Shown here piece after piece: positions 32,496 to 45,400 of a stretch of 64,000 nt of DNA. Under the pieces are notes generated by a model. The model searched no databases, was not told the DNA's origin, and saw only the letters and a program-made list of their open reading frames with translations. The stretch spans positions 1,240,001-1,304,000 of the forward strand of contig NW_027141363.1 in the NCBI RefSeq assembly GCF_036365525.1. The letters are read 5' to 3'. The stretch's first letter is position 1, and each line of letters begins with the position of its first letter. This stretch comes from Heterodontus francisci (taxonomy: Eukaryota). The position numbers and the translations under genes were made by a program.

Positions 32496-35400
32496 CGGGG
32501 GAACTATTTAAATGTGACTCTGCAAACGGGGGAACTATTTAAATGTGGGACTCTGTAAACGGGGGAACTATTTAAATGTGGGACTCTAAACGGGGGAACT
32601 ATTTAAATGTGGGACTCTAAACGGGGGAACTATTTAAATGTGGGACTCTAAACGGGGGAACTATTTAAATGTGGGACTCTGTAAACGGGGGAACTATTTA
32701 AATGTGGGACTCTAAACGGGGGAACTATTTAAATGTGGGACTCTAAACGGGGGAACTATTTAAATGTGGGACTCTAAACGGGGGAACTATTTAAATGTGG
32801 GACTCTGTAAACGGGGGAACTATTTAAATGTGGGACTCTAAACGGGGGAACTATTTAAATGTGGGACTCTGTAAACGGGGGAACTATTTAAATGTGGGAC
32901 TCTGTAAACGGGGGAACTATTTAAATGTGACTCTTCCGGGGGAACTATTTAAATGTGACTCTGTTCCTGGGGAAGTATTTAAGTGTGACTCTGTTCCTGG
33001 GGAAGTATTTAAATGTGACTCTGTTCCTGGGGAAGTATTTAAGTGTGACTCTGTTCCTGGGGAAGTATTTGAATGTGACTCTGTTCCTGGGGAAGTATTT
33101 AAGTGTGACTCTGTAAACGGGGGAAGTATTTGAATGTGACTCTGTTCCTGGGGAAGTATTTAAGTGTGACTCTGTAAACGGGGGAAGTATTTGAATGTGA
33201 CTCTGTTCCTGGGGAAGTATTTAAGTGTGACTCTGTTCCTGGGGAAGTATTTAAATGTGACTCTTCCGGGGGAACTATTTAAATGTGACTCTGTTCCTGG
33301 GGAAGTATTTAAATGTGAATCTGTCCCTGGGGAAGTATTTAAATGTGACTCTGTTCCTGGGGAAGTATTTAAGTGTGACTCTGTAAACGGGGGAAGTATT
33401 TGAATGTGACTCTGTTCCTGGGGAAGTATTTAAGTGTGACTCTGTAAACGGGGGAAGTATTTGAATGTGACTCTGTTCCTGGGGAAGTATTTAAGTGTGA
33501 CTCTGTAAACGGGGGAAGTATTTGAATGTGACTCTGTTCCTGGGGAAATATTTAAATGTGACTCTGTTCCTGGGGAAGTATTTAAATGTGACTCATCCGG
33601 GGGAAGTATTTAAATGTGACTCTGTTCCTGGGGAAGTATTTAAATGTGACTCTGTTCCTGGGGAAGTATTTAAATGTGACTCTTCCGGGGGAACTATTTA
33701 AATGTGACTCTGTTCCTGGGGAACTATTTAAATGTGACTCTGTTCCTGGGGAAGTATTTAAATGTGACTCTGTTCCTGGGGAAGTATTTAAATGTAACTG
33801 TGTTCCTGGGGAAGTATTTAAATGTGACTCTGTTCCTGGGGAAGTATTTAAATGTGACTCTGTTCCTGGGGAAGTATTTAAATGTGACTCTGTTCCTGGG
33901 GAAGTATTTAAATGTGACTCTTCCGGGGGAACTATTTAAATGTGACTCTGTTCCTGGGGAAGTATTTAAATGTGACTCTTCCGGGGGAACTATTTAAATG
34001 TGACTCTGTTCCTGGGGAAGTATTTAAATGTGACTCTGTTCCTGGGGAAGTATTTAAGTGTGACTCTGTAAACGGGGGAAGTATTCGAATGTGACTCTGT
34101 TCCTGGGGAAGTATTTAAGTGTGACTCTGTTCCTGGGGAAGTATTTAAATGTGACTCTTCCGGGGGAACTATTTAAATGTGACTCTGTTCCTGGGGAAGT
34201 ATTTAAATGTGAATCTGTCCCTGGGGAAGTATTTAAATGTGACTCTGTTCCTGGGGAAGTATTTAAGTGTGACTCTGTAAACGGGGGAAGTATTTGAATG
34301 TGACTCTGTTCCTGGGGAAGTATTTAAGTGTGACTCTGTTCCTGGGGAAGTATTTAAATGTGACTCTTCCGGGGGAACTATTTAAATGTGACTCTGTTCC
34401 TGGGGAAGTATTTAAATGTGAATCTGTCCCTGGGGAAGTATTTAAATGTGACTCTGTTCCTGGGGAAGTATTTAAGTGTGACTCTGTAAACGGGGGAAGT
34501 ATTTGAATGTGACTCTGTTCCTGGGGAAGTATTTAAGTGTGACTCTGTAAACGGGGGAAGTATTTGAATGTGACTCTGTTCCTGGGGAAGTATTTAAGTG
34601 TGACTCTGTAAACGGGGGAAGTATTTGAATGTGACTCTGTTCCTGGGGAAATATTTAAATGTGACTCTGTTCCTGGGGAAGTATTTAAATGTGACTCTTC
34701 CGGGGGAAGTATTTAAATGTGACTCTGTTCCTGGGGAAGTATTTAAATGTGACTCTGTTCCTGGGGAAGTATTTAAATGTGACTCTTCCGGGGGAACTAT
34801 TTAAATGTGACTCTGTTCCTGGGGAACTATTTAAATGTGACTCTGTTCCTGGGGAAGTATTTAAATGTGACTCTGTTCCTGGGGAAGTATTTAAATGTAA
34901 CTGTGTTCCTGGGGAAGTATTTAAATGTGACTCTGTTCCTGGGGAAGTATTTAAATGTGACTCTGTTCCTGGGGAAGTATTTAAATGTGACTCTGTTCCT
35001 GGGGAAGTATTTAAATGTGACTCTTCCGGGGGAACTATTTAAATGTGACTCTGTTCCTGGGGAAGTATTTAAATGTGACTCTTCCGGGGGAACTATTTAA
35101 ATGTGACTCTGTTCCTGGGGAAGTATTTAAATGTGACTCTGTTCCTGGGGAAGTATTTAAGTGTGACTCTGTAAACGGGGGAAGTATTCGAATGTGACTC
35201 TGTTCCTGGGGAAGTATTTAAGTGTGACTCTGTTCCTGGGGAAGTATTTAAATGTGACTCTTCCGGGGGAACTATTTAAATGTGACTCTGTTCCTGGGGA
35301 AGTATTTAAATGTGAATCTGTCCCTGGGGAAGTATTTAAATGTGACTCTGTTCCTGGGGAAGTATTTAAGTGTGACTCTGTAAACGGGGGAAGTATTTGA

Positions 35401-35955
35401 ATGTGACTCTGTTCCTGGGGAAGTATTTAAGTGTGACTCTGTAAACGGGGGAAGTATTTAAGTGTGACTCTGTAAACGGGGGAAGTATTTGAATGTGACT
35501 CTGTTCCTGGGGAAATATTTAAATGTGACTCTGTTCCTGGGGAAGTATTTAAATGTGACTCTTCCGGGGGAAGTATTTAAATGTGACTCTGTTCCTGGGG
35601 AAGTATTTAAATGTGACTCTGTTCCTGGGGAAGTATTTAAATGTGACTCTTCCGGGGGAACTATTTAAATGTGACTCTGTTCCTGGGGAAGTATTTAAAT
35701 GTGACTCTGTTCCTGGGGAAGTATTTAAATGTGACTCTGTTCCTGGGGAAGTATTTAAATGTGACTCTTCCGGGGGAACTATTTAAATGTGACTCTGTTC
35801 CTGGGGAAGTATTTAAATGTGACTCTGTTCCTGGGGAAGTATTTAAATGTGACTCTTCCGGGGGAACTATTTAAATGTGACTCTTCCGGGGGAAGTATTT
35901 AAATGTGACTCTGTTCCTGGGGAAGTATTTAAATGTGACTCTGTTCCTGGGGGGG
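32496..35955. repeat. 28-31-bp minisatellite (GGGGAAGTATTTAAATGTGACTCTGTTCCT)n, ~115 copies
   Basis: Seen directly. There is a 1103-bp higher-order duplication (33191/34294, 33616/34719, 34091/35194). Confidence 0.97.
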
Positions 35956-36419
35956 TCTTCAAATTAAAACATAAACACAGATTCATTTCCCTCCTCCTCC
36001 TCCTCTTGTCTGACTGTCTCAGGGTTTTTTTTGCATATTGTTCCATTCTCCACTTCTTCCATGTGTCTGAAGTCTTTGAAGTTTGTCAGACATTGGTAAA
36101 CTACTTCATGTGGTGTTCTGTAAATAACTTCCATTCTGTGTATCTGCAAGGGACACAATTCAAATTCTCACCTTATTGCATCAACCAAAAGCTACAGGTC
36201 CATTCAAACACCCCCTATTTCCTGTCTCTGCAAAGATAGCTCACACTTCCCCAATGCAGGAATGTCTGAATGGAAACAGCTTTGGACACATTTCCCAACA
36301 CGTTTGCTAAAACTTTTCACGATGAAGCTCGATTCAACTGACAAGACTCCAAGCCCCAAATTGAATCTTCCCGATATAAAAAAAGTGACGCAAATGAAAT
36401 CCCAGATCTCTCTGTCCCT

Positions 36420-39400
36420 GCAGAGTGGATTTCTTTCCCTCTCTGAGTGAGAGGAACAGGAGGGAGAGAGACGCAGGAGAGTGAGGGAATCAGAGGGGAG
36501 AGGAGGGATAGCTGGCTGTTATCACACTGCTGCTTTTGGGATCTTGCTGTGTACAAACAGCCTGCACAATTTTGCTACATGACAACAATGAGCACACTTT
36601 ACAATTCAGCTTCCTGAGGGTCTGAGTGTGGATTCCTTAGTGTTTTTACAAGAATTTTGTGAATCTGAGGGTGAAATGAAACATACGGCAGCCATTTTAA
36701 CTTGAGAGTCAGTTCGCAGAGTGGATTTCTCTGTGAGTGAGAGGAAAAGGAGGGAGAGAGATGCAGGAGAGTGAGGGAATCAGAAGGGATTGCTGGCTGT
36801 TATCACACTGCTGCTTTTGGGATCTTGCTGTGTACAAATCTCCTGTTGCATTTCCTACATGACAACAATGAGAACACTTTAAAATTCAGCTTCCTGAGGG
36901 TCTGAGTGTGGATTCCTGGGTGTTTTTACAAGAATTTTCTGAATCTGTGCGTGAAATGAAACATACGGCAGCCATTTTAGCTTGAGAGTCAGTTCGCAGA
37001 GTGGATTTCTCTCTCGGAGTGAGAGGAACAGGAGGGAGAGATACGCAGGAGAGTGAGGGAATCAGAAGGGGAGAGGAGGGATAGCTGGCTGTTATCATTT
37101 TACTTCTTTTGGGATCTTGCTGTGTACAAATAGCCTGAACAATTTTCCTACATGACAACAATGACAACACTTTAAAATTCAGCTTCCTGAGGGTCTGAGT
37201 GTGGATTCCTGGGTGTTTTTAACAACAAATTTGTAAATCTGAGGGTGAAATGAAACATACGGCAGCCATTTTAGCTTGAGAGTCAGTTCGCAGAGTGGAT
37301 TTCTCTCTGAGTGAGAGGAACAGGAGGGAGAGTGATGCAGGAGAGTGAGGGAATCAGAAGGGGAGAGGAGGGATTGCTGGCTGTTATCATTTTGCTTCTT
37401 TTGGGATCTTGCTGTGTACAAATAGCCTGCACAGTTTCCCTACATGACAACAATGAGAACACTTTAAAATTCAGCTTCCTGAGGGTCTGAGTGTGGATTC
37501 CTGGGTGTTTTTAACAACAAATTTGTAAATCTGAGGGTGAAATGAAACATACGGCAGCCATTTTAGCTTGAGAGTCAGTTCGCAGAGTGGATTTCTCTCT
37601 CTGAGTGAGAGGAACAGGAGGGAGAGAGACGCAGGAGACTGAGGGAATCAGAGGGGGAGAGGAGGGATAGCTGGCTGTTAACACACTGCTGCTTTTGGGA
37701 TCTTGCTGTGTACAAATAGCCTGCACAATTTTCCTACATGACAACAATGAGAACACTTTAAAATTCTGCTTCCTGAGGGTCTGAGTGTGGATTCCTTGGT
37801 GTTTTAACAAGAATTTTGTGAATCTGAGGGTGAAATGAAACATACGGCAGCCATTTTAGCTTCAGAGTCAATTCGCAGAGTGGATTTCTCTCCCTCTCTG
37901 AGTGAGATGAACAGGAGGGAGAGAGACGCAGGAGAGTGAGGGAATCAGAAGGGGAGAGGAGGGATTGCTGGCTGTTATCATTTTGCTTCTTTTGGGATCT
38001 TGCTGTGTACAAATTGCCTGCACAATTTTCCTGCATGACAACAATGAGAACACTTTAAAATTCATCTTCCTGAGGGTCTGAGTGTGGATTCCTTAGTGTT
38101 TTTACAAGAATTTTGTGAATCTGAGGGTGAAATGAAACATCCGGCAGCCATTTTAGCTTGAGAGTCAGTTCGCAGAGTGGATTTCTCTCACTGAGTGAGA
38201 GGAACAGGAGGGAGAGAGATGCAGGAGAGTGAGGGAATCAGAATGGGAGAGGAGGGATAGCTGGCTGTTATCACGCTGCTGCTTGTGGGATCTTGCCCTG
38301 CACATTTCCTACATGACAAACAATGAGGACACTTTAAAATTCATCTTCCTGAGGGTCTGAGTGTGGATTCCTTGGTGTTTTTATAAGAATTCTCTGAATC
38401 TGAGGGTGAAATGAAACATACGGCAGCCATTTTAACTTGAGAGTCAGTTCGCAGAGTGGATTTCTCTCTCTGAGTGAGAGGAAAAGGAGGGAGAGAGATG
38501 CAGGAGAGTGAGTGAATCAGAGGGGGAGAGGAGGGATAGCTGGCTGTTATCACACTGCTGCTTGTGGGATCTTGCTGTGTACAAATGCCCTGCACATTTC
38601 CTACATGACAACAATGAGAACACTTTAAAATTCAGCTTCCTGAGGGTCTGAGTGTGGATTCCTCAGTGTTTGTACAAGAATTTTCTGAATCTGAGGGTGA
38701 AATGAAACATACGGCAGCCATTTTAGCTTGAGAGTGAGTTCGCAGAGTGGATTTCTCTCTGAGTGAGAGGAACAGGAGGGAGAGAGACGCAGGAGACTGA
38801 GGGAATCAGAGGGGGAGAGGAGGGATAGCTGGCTGTTAACACACTGCTGCTTTTGGGATCTTGCTGTGTACAAATGCCCTGCACAATTTCCTACATGACA
38901 ACAATGAGAACACTTTAAAATTCAGCTTCCTGAGGGTCTGAGTGTGGATTCCTTGGTGTTTTTACAAGAATTCTCCGAATCTGAGGGTGAAATGAAATAT
39001 ACGGCAGCCATTTTAGCTTGAGAGTCAGTTCGCAGAGTGGATTTCTCTCTCTGAGTGAGAGGAACAGGAGGGAGAGAGACGCAGGAGAGTGAGGGAATCA
39101 GAGGGATAGCTGGCTGTTAACACACTGCTGCTTGTGGGATCTTGCTGTGTACAAATGCCCTGAACATTTCCTACATGACAACAATGACAACACTTTAAAA
39201 TTTTGCTTCCTGAGGGTCTGAGTGTGGATTCCTTGGTGTTTTTACCAGAATTTTCTGAATCTGAGGGTCAAATGAAACATCCGGCAGCCATTTTAGCTTG
39301 AGAGTCAGTTCGCAGAGTGGATTTCTCTCTCTGAGTGAGAGGAACAGGAGGGAGAGAGACACAGGAGAGTGAGGGAATCAGAAGGGGAGAGGAGGGATAG

Positions 39401-42400
39401 CTGGCTGTTATCATTTTGCTTCTTTTGGGATCTTGCTGTGTACAAATTGCCTGCACAATTTTCCTACATGACAACAATGAGAACACTTTAAAATTCAGCT
39501 TCCTGAGGGTCTGAGTGTGGATTCCTTGGTGTTTTTAAAAAGAATTCTCCCAATCTGAGGGTGAAATGAAATATACGGCAGCCATTTTAGCTTGAGAGTG
39601 AGTTCGCAGAGTGGATTTCTCTCTCTGAGTGAGAGGAACAGGAGAGAGAGAGATGCAGGAGAGTGAGAGAATCAGAGGGGAAGAGGAGGGATAGCAGGCT
39701 GTTATCACACTGCTTCTTTTGGGATCTTGCTGTGTACAAATGCCCTGCACATTTCCTACATGACAACAATGAGAACACTTTAAAATTCAGCTTCCTGAGG
39801 GTCTGAGTGTGGATTCCTTGGTGTTTTTAACAAGAATTTTGTGAATCTGAGGGAGAAATTAAACATATGGCAGCCATTTTAGCTTGAGAGTCAGTTCACA
39901 GAGTGGATTTCTCTCCCTCTCTGAGTGAGACAAACAGGAGAGTGAGGGAATCAGAGGGGAAGAGGAGGGATAGCAGGCTGTTATCACACTGCTTCTTTTG
40001 GGATCTTGCTGTGTACAAATAGCCTGCACAATTTTCCTACATGACAACAATGAGGACACTTTAAAATTCAGCTTCCTGAGGGTCTGAGTGTGGATTCCTC
40101 AGTGTTTTTACAAGAATTTTGTGAATCTGAGGGTGAAATGAAACATACGGCAGCCATTTTAGCTTGAGAGTCAGTTCGCAGAGTGGATTTCTCTCTCTGA
40201 GTGAGAGGAACAGGAGGGAGAGAGACGCAGGAGAGTGAGGGAATCAGAGTGGAAGAGGAGGGATAGCTGGCTGTTATCACACTTCTGCTTTTGGGATCTT
40301 GCTGTGCACAAATCTCCTGTTGCATTTCCTACATGACAACAATGAGAACACTTTAAAATTCAGCTTCCTGAGGGTCTGAGTGTGGATTCCTGGGTGTTTT
40401 TAACAAGAATTCTCTGAATCTGAGGGTGAAATGAAACATACGGCAGCCATTTTAGCTTGAGAGTCAGTTCGCAGAGTGGATTTCTCGCCCTCTCTGAGTG
40501 AGACGGACAGGCAGGAGAGTGAGGGAATCAGAGGGGGAGAGGAGGGATAGCTGCCTGTTATCACACTGCTGCTTTTGGGATCTTGCTGTGTACAAATGCC
40601 CTGAACATTTCCTACATGACAACAATGAGAACACTTTAACATTCAGCTTCCTGAGGGTTTGAGTGTGGATTCCTCAGTGTTTTTATCAAGAATTTGGTAA
40701 ATCTGAGGGTGACATGAAACATCCGGCAGCCATTTTAGCTTGAGAGTCAGTTCGCAGAGTGGATTTCTCTCCCTCTCTGAGTGAGATGAACAGGAGGGAG
40801 AGAGACGCAGGAGAGTGAGGGAATCAGAAGGGGAGAGGAGGGATAGCTGGCTGTTATCATTTTGCTTCTTTTGGGATCTTGCTGTGTACAAATAGCCTGC
40901 ACAATTTTCCTACATGACAACATTGAGAACACTTTAAAATTCATCTTCCTGAGGGTCTGAGTGTGGATTCCTTGGTGTTTTTACAAGAATTCTCTGAATC
41001 TGAGGGTGAAATGAAACATACGGCAGCCATTTTAACTTGAGAGTCAGTTCGCAGAGTGGATTTCTCGCCCTCTCCGATTGAGACGGACAGGCAGGAGAGT
41101 GAGGGAATCAGAGGGGGAGAGGAGGGATAGCTGGCTGTTCTCACACTGCTGCTTTTGGGATCTTGCTGTGTACAAATGCCCTGCACATTTCCTGCATGAC
41201 AACAATGAGCACACTTTAAAATTCAGCTTCCTGAGGGTCTGAGTGTGGATTCCTTGGAGTTTTTGCAAGAATTTTCTGAATCTGAGGGTGAAATGAAACA
41301 TACGGCAGCCATTTTAGCTTGAGAGTGTGTTCGCAGAGTGGATTTCTCTCTCTGAGTGAGAGGAACAGGAGGGAGAGAGATGCAGGAGAGTGAGGGTGTC
41401 AGAGGGGGAGAGGAGGGATTGCTGGCTGTTATCATTTTGCTTCTTTTGGGATCTTGCTGTGTACAAATAGCCTGCACAATTTTCCTACATGACAACAATG
41501 AGAACACTTTAAAATTCAGCTTCCTGAGGGTCTGAGTGTGGATTCCTTGGTGTTTTTAACAACAAATTTGTAAATCTGAGGGTGAAATGAAACATACGGC
41601 AGCCATTTTAGCTTGAGAGTCAGTTCGCAGAGTGGATTTCTCTCCCTCTCTGAGTGAGAGGAGAAGGAGGGAGAGAGACGCAGGAGAGTGAGGGAATCAG
41701 AAGGGGAGAGGAGGGATTGCTGGCTGTTATCATTTTACTTCTTTTGGGATCTTGCTGTGTACAAATAGCCTGCAAAATTTTCCTACATGACAACAATGAG
41801 AACACTTTAAAATTCAGCTTCCTGAGGGTCTGAGTGTGGATTCCTTGGAGTTTTCACAAGAATTTTGTGAATCTGAGGGTGAAATGAAACATACGGCAGC
41901 CATTTTAGCTTGAGAGTCAGTTCGCAGAGTGGATTTCTCACTCTGAGTGAGGGGAACAGGAGGGAGAGTGACGCAGGAGAGTGAGGGAATCAGAGCGGGA
42001 GAGGGGGGATAGCTGGCTGCTATCAGACTGCTGCTTGTGGGATCTTGCTGTGTACAAAAGCCCTGAACATTTCCTACATGACAACAATGACAACACTTTA
42101 AAATTTAGCTTCCTGAGGGTCTGAGTGTGGATTCCTTGGTGTTTTTACCAGAATTTTCTGAAGCTGAGGGTGAAATGAAACATACGGCAGCCATTTTAGC
42201 TTGAGAGTGAGTTTGCAGAGTGGATTTCTCCCTCTCAGTGTGAGGAACAGGAGGGAGAGTGATGCAGGAGAGTGAGGGAATCAGAAGGGGAGAGGAGGGA
42301 TAGCTGGCTGTTATCATTTTGCTTCTTTTGGGATCTTGCTGTGCATAAATAGCCTGCAGAATTTTCCTACATAACAACAATGAGACCATTTTAAAATTCA

Positions 42401-45400
42401 GCTTCCTGAGGGTCTGAGTGTGGATTCCTTGGTGTTTTTACAAGATTTCTCTGAATCTGAGGGTGAAATGAAACATACGGCAGCCATTTTAGCTTGAGAG
42501 TCAGTTCGCAGAGTGGATTTCTCTCTCTGAGTGAGAGGAACAGGAGGGAGAGAGACGCAGGAGAGTGAGGGAATCAGAGCGGGAGAGGGGGGATAGCTGG
42601 CTGCTATCAGACTGCTGCTTGTGGGATCTTGCTGTGTACAAAAGCCCTGAACATTTCCTACATGACAACAATGACAACACTTTAAAATTTAGCTTCCTGA
42701 GGGTCTGAGTGTGGATTCCTCAGTGTTTTTACAAGAATTTTGTGAATCTGAGGGTGAAATGAAACATACGGCAGCCATTTTAGCTTGAGAGTCAGTTCGC
42801 AGAGTGGATTTCTCACTCTGAGTGAGAGGAACAGGAGGGAGAGAGACGCAGGAGAGTGAGGGAATCAGAGGGGGAGAGGAGGGATAGCTGGCTGCTATCA
42901 CACTGCTGCTTTTGGGATCTTGCTGTGTACAAATCTCCTGTTGCATTTCCTACATGACAACAATGAGAACACTTTAAAATTCAGCTTCCTGAGGGTCTGA
43001 GTGTGGATTCCTCAGTGTTTTTAAAATAATTCTCCGAATCTGAGGGTGAAATAAAACATACGGCAGCCATTTTAGCTTGAGAGTCAGTTCGCAGAGTGGA
43101 TTTCTCTCTCTGAGTGAGAGGAACAGGAGGGAGAGTGATGCAGGAGAGTGAGGGAATCAGAAGGGGAGAGGAGGGATAGCTGGCTGTTATCATTTTACTT
43201 CTTTTGGGATCTTGCTGTGTACAAATAGCCTGAACAATTTTCCTACATGACAACAATGAGAACACTTTAAAATTCAGCTTCCTGAGGGTCTGAGTGTGGA
43301 TTCCTTGGTGTTTTTACAAGATTTCTCTGAATCTGAGGGTGAAATGAAACATACGGCAGCCATTTACGCTTCAGAGTCAGTTCGCAGAGTGGATTTCTCT
43401 CTCTCTCGCTCTGAGACTAACAGGAGGGAGAGAGACGCAGGAGAGTGAGGGAATCAGAGTGGAAGAGGAGGGATAGCTGGCTGTTATCACACTGCTGCTT
43501 TTGGGATCTTGCTGTGTACAAAGAGCTTGCAGAATTTTCCTACATGACAACAATGACAACACTTTAAAATTCAGCTTCCTGAGGGTCTGAGTGTGGATTC
43601 CTTGGTGTTTTTAACAACAATTTTGTAAATCTGAGGGTGAAATGAAACATACGGCAGCCATTTTAGCTTGAGAGTCAGTTCGCAGAGTGGATTTCTCTCT
43701 CTGAGTGAGAGGAACAGGAGGGAGAGAGACGCAGGAGAGTGAGGGAATCAGAGCGGGAGAGGGGGGATAGCTGGCTGCTGTCAGACTGCTGCTTGTGGGA
43801 TCTTGCTGTGTACAAAAGCCCTGAACATTTCCTACATGACAACAATGAGAACACTTTAAAATTCAGCTTCCTGAGGGTCTGAGTGTGGATTCCTGGGTGT
43901 TTTTAACAACAATTTTGTGAATCTGAGGGTGAAATGAAACATACGGCAGCCATTTTAGCTTGAGAGTCAGTTCGCAGAGTGGATTTCTCTCTCTGAGTGA
44001 GAGGAACAGGAGGGAGAGAGATGCAGGAGAGTGAGGGTGTCAGAGGGGGAGAGGAGGGATTGCTGGCTGTTATCACACTGCTGCTTGTGGGATCTTGCTG
44101 TGTACAAATAGTTTGCAGAATTTTCCTACATGACAACAATGAGAACACTTTAAAATTCAGCTTCCTGAGGGACTGAGTGTGGATTCCTCAGTGTTTTTAC
44201 AAGAATTTTGAGAATCTGAGGGTGAAATTAAACATACGGCAGCCATTTTAGCTTGAGAGTGAGTTCGCAGAGTGGATTTCTCTCTCTGAGTGAGAGGAAC
44301 AGGAGGGAGAGAGACGCAGGAGAGTGAGGGAATCAGAAGGGGAGAGGAGGGATTGCTGGCTGTTATCATTTTGCTTCTTTTGGGATCTTGCTGTGAACAA
44401 ATAGCCTGCACAATTTTCCTACATGACAACAATGAGGACACTTTAAAATTCAGCTTCCTGAGGGTCTGAGTGTGGGTTCCTTGGTGTTTTTAACAACAAT
44501 ATTGTAAATCTGAAGGTGAAATGAAACATACGGCAGCCATTTTAGCTTCAGAGTCAGTTCGCAGAGTGGATTTCTCTCCCTCTCTGAGTGAGACAAACAG
44601 GAGAGTGAGGGAATCAGAGAGGGAGAGGAGGGATAGCTGGCTGTTATCACACTGCTGCTTGTGGGATCTTGCCCTGCAAATTTCCTACATGACAACAATG
44701 AGCACACTTTAAAATTCAGCTTCCTGAGGGTCTGAGTGTGGATTCCTTGGTGTTTTTAAAAAGAATTCTCCCAATCTGAGGGTGAAATGAAATATACGGC
44801 AGCCATTTTAGCTTGAGAGTCAGTTCGCAGAGTGGATTTCTCTCACTGAGTGAGACAAAGAAAAGGGAGAGAGATGCAGGAGAGTGAGGGAATCAGAAGG
44901 GGAGAGGAGGGATTGCTGGCTGTTATCATTTTGCTTCTTTTGGGATCTTGCTGTGTACAAATTGCCTGCACAATTTTCCTACATGACAACAATGAGAACA
45001 CTTTAAAATTCAGCTTCCTGAGGGTCTGAGTGTGGATTCCTTGGTGTTTTTAAAAAGAATTCTCCCAGTCTGAGGGTGAAATGAAATATACGGCAGCCAT
45101 TTTAGCTTGAGAGTGAGTTCGCAGAGTGGATTTCTCTCTCTGAGTGAGAGGAACAGGAGGGAGAGAGATGCAGGAGAGTGAGGGTGTCAGAGGGGGAGAG
45201 GAGGGATTACTGGCTGTTATCACACTGCTGCTTGTGGGATCTTGCTGTGTACAAATAGTTTGCAGAATTTTCCTACATGACAACAATGAGAACACTTTAA
45301 AATTCAGCTTCCTGAGGGTCTGAGTGTGGATTCCTCAGTGTTTTTACAAGAATTTTGAGAATCTGAGGGTGAAATTAAACATACGGCAGCCATTTTAGCT

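Noticed and set aside
28336-35874. Repetitive ORFs (MEGEPTPARK, CDSVPGEVFK, SLSLSACLCV)
   Set aside because: Minisatellite or microsatellite translations.
25530-35955. CRISPR-like ~30-bp repeats
   Set aside because: The repeats are head-to-tail with no unique spacers, there are no cas genes, and the context is vertebrate.
35964-36158. Possible minus-strand exon after TCCCTTGCAG (IHRMEVIYRTPHE...)
   Set aside because: No recognisable homology, and the nearest upstream donor would give an implausibly short intron (~28 nt).
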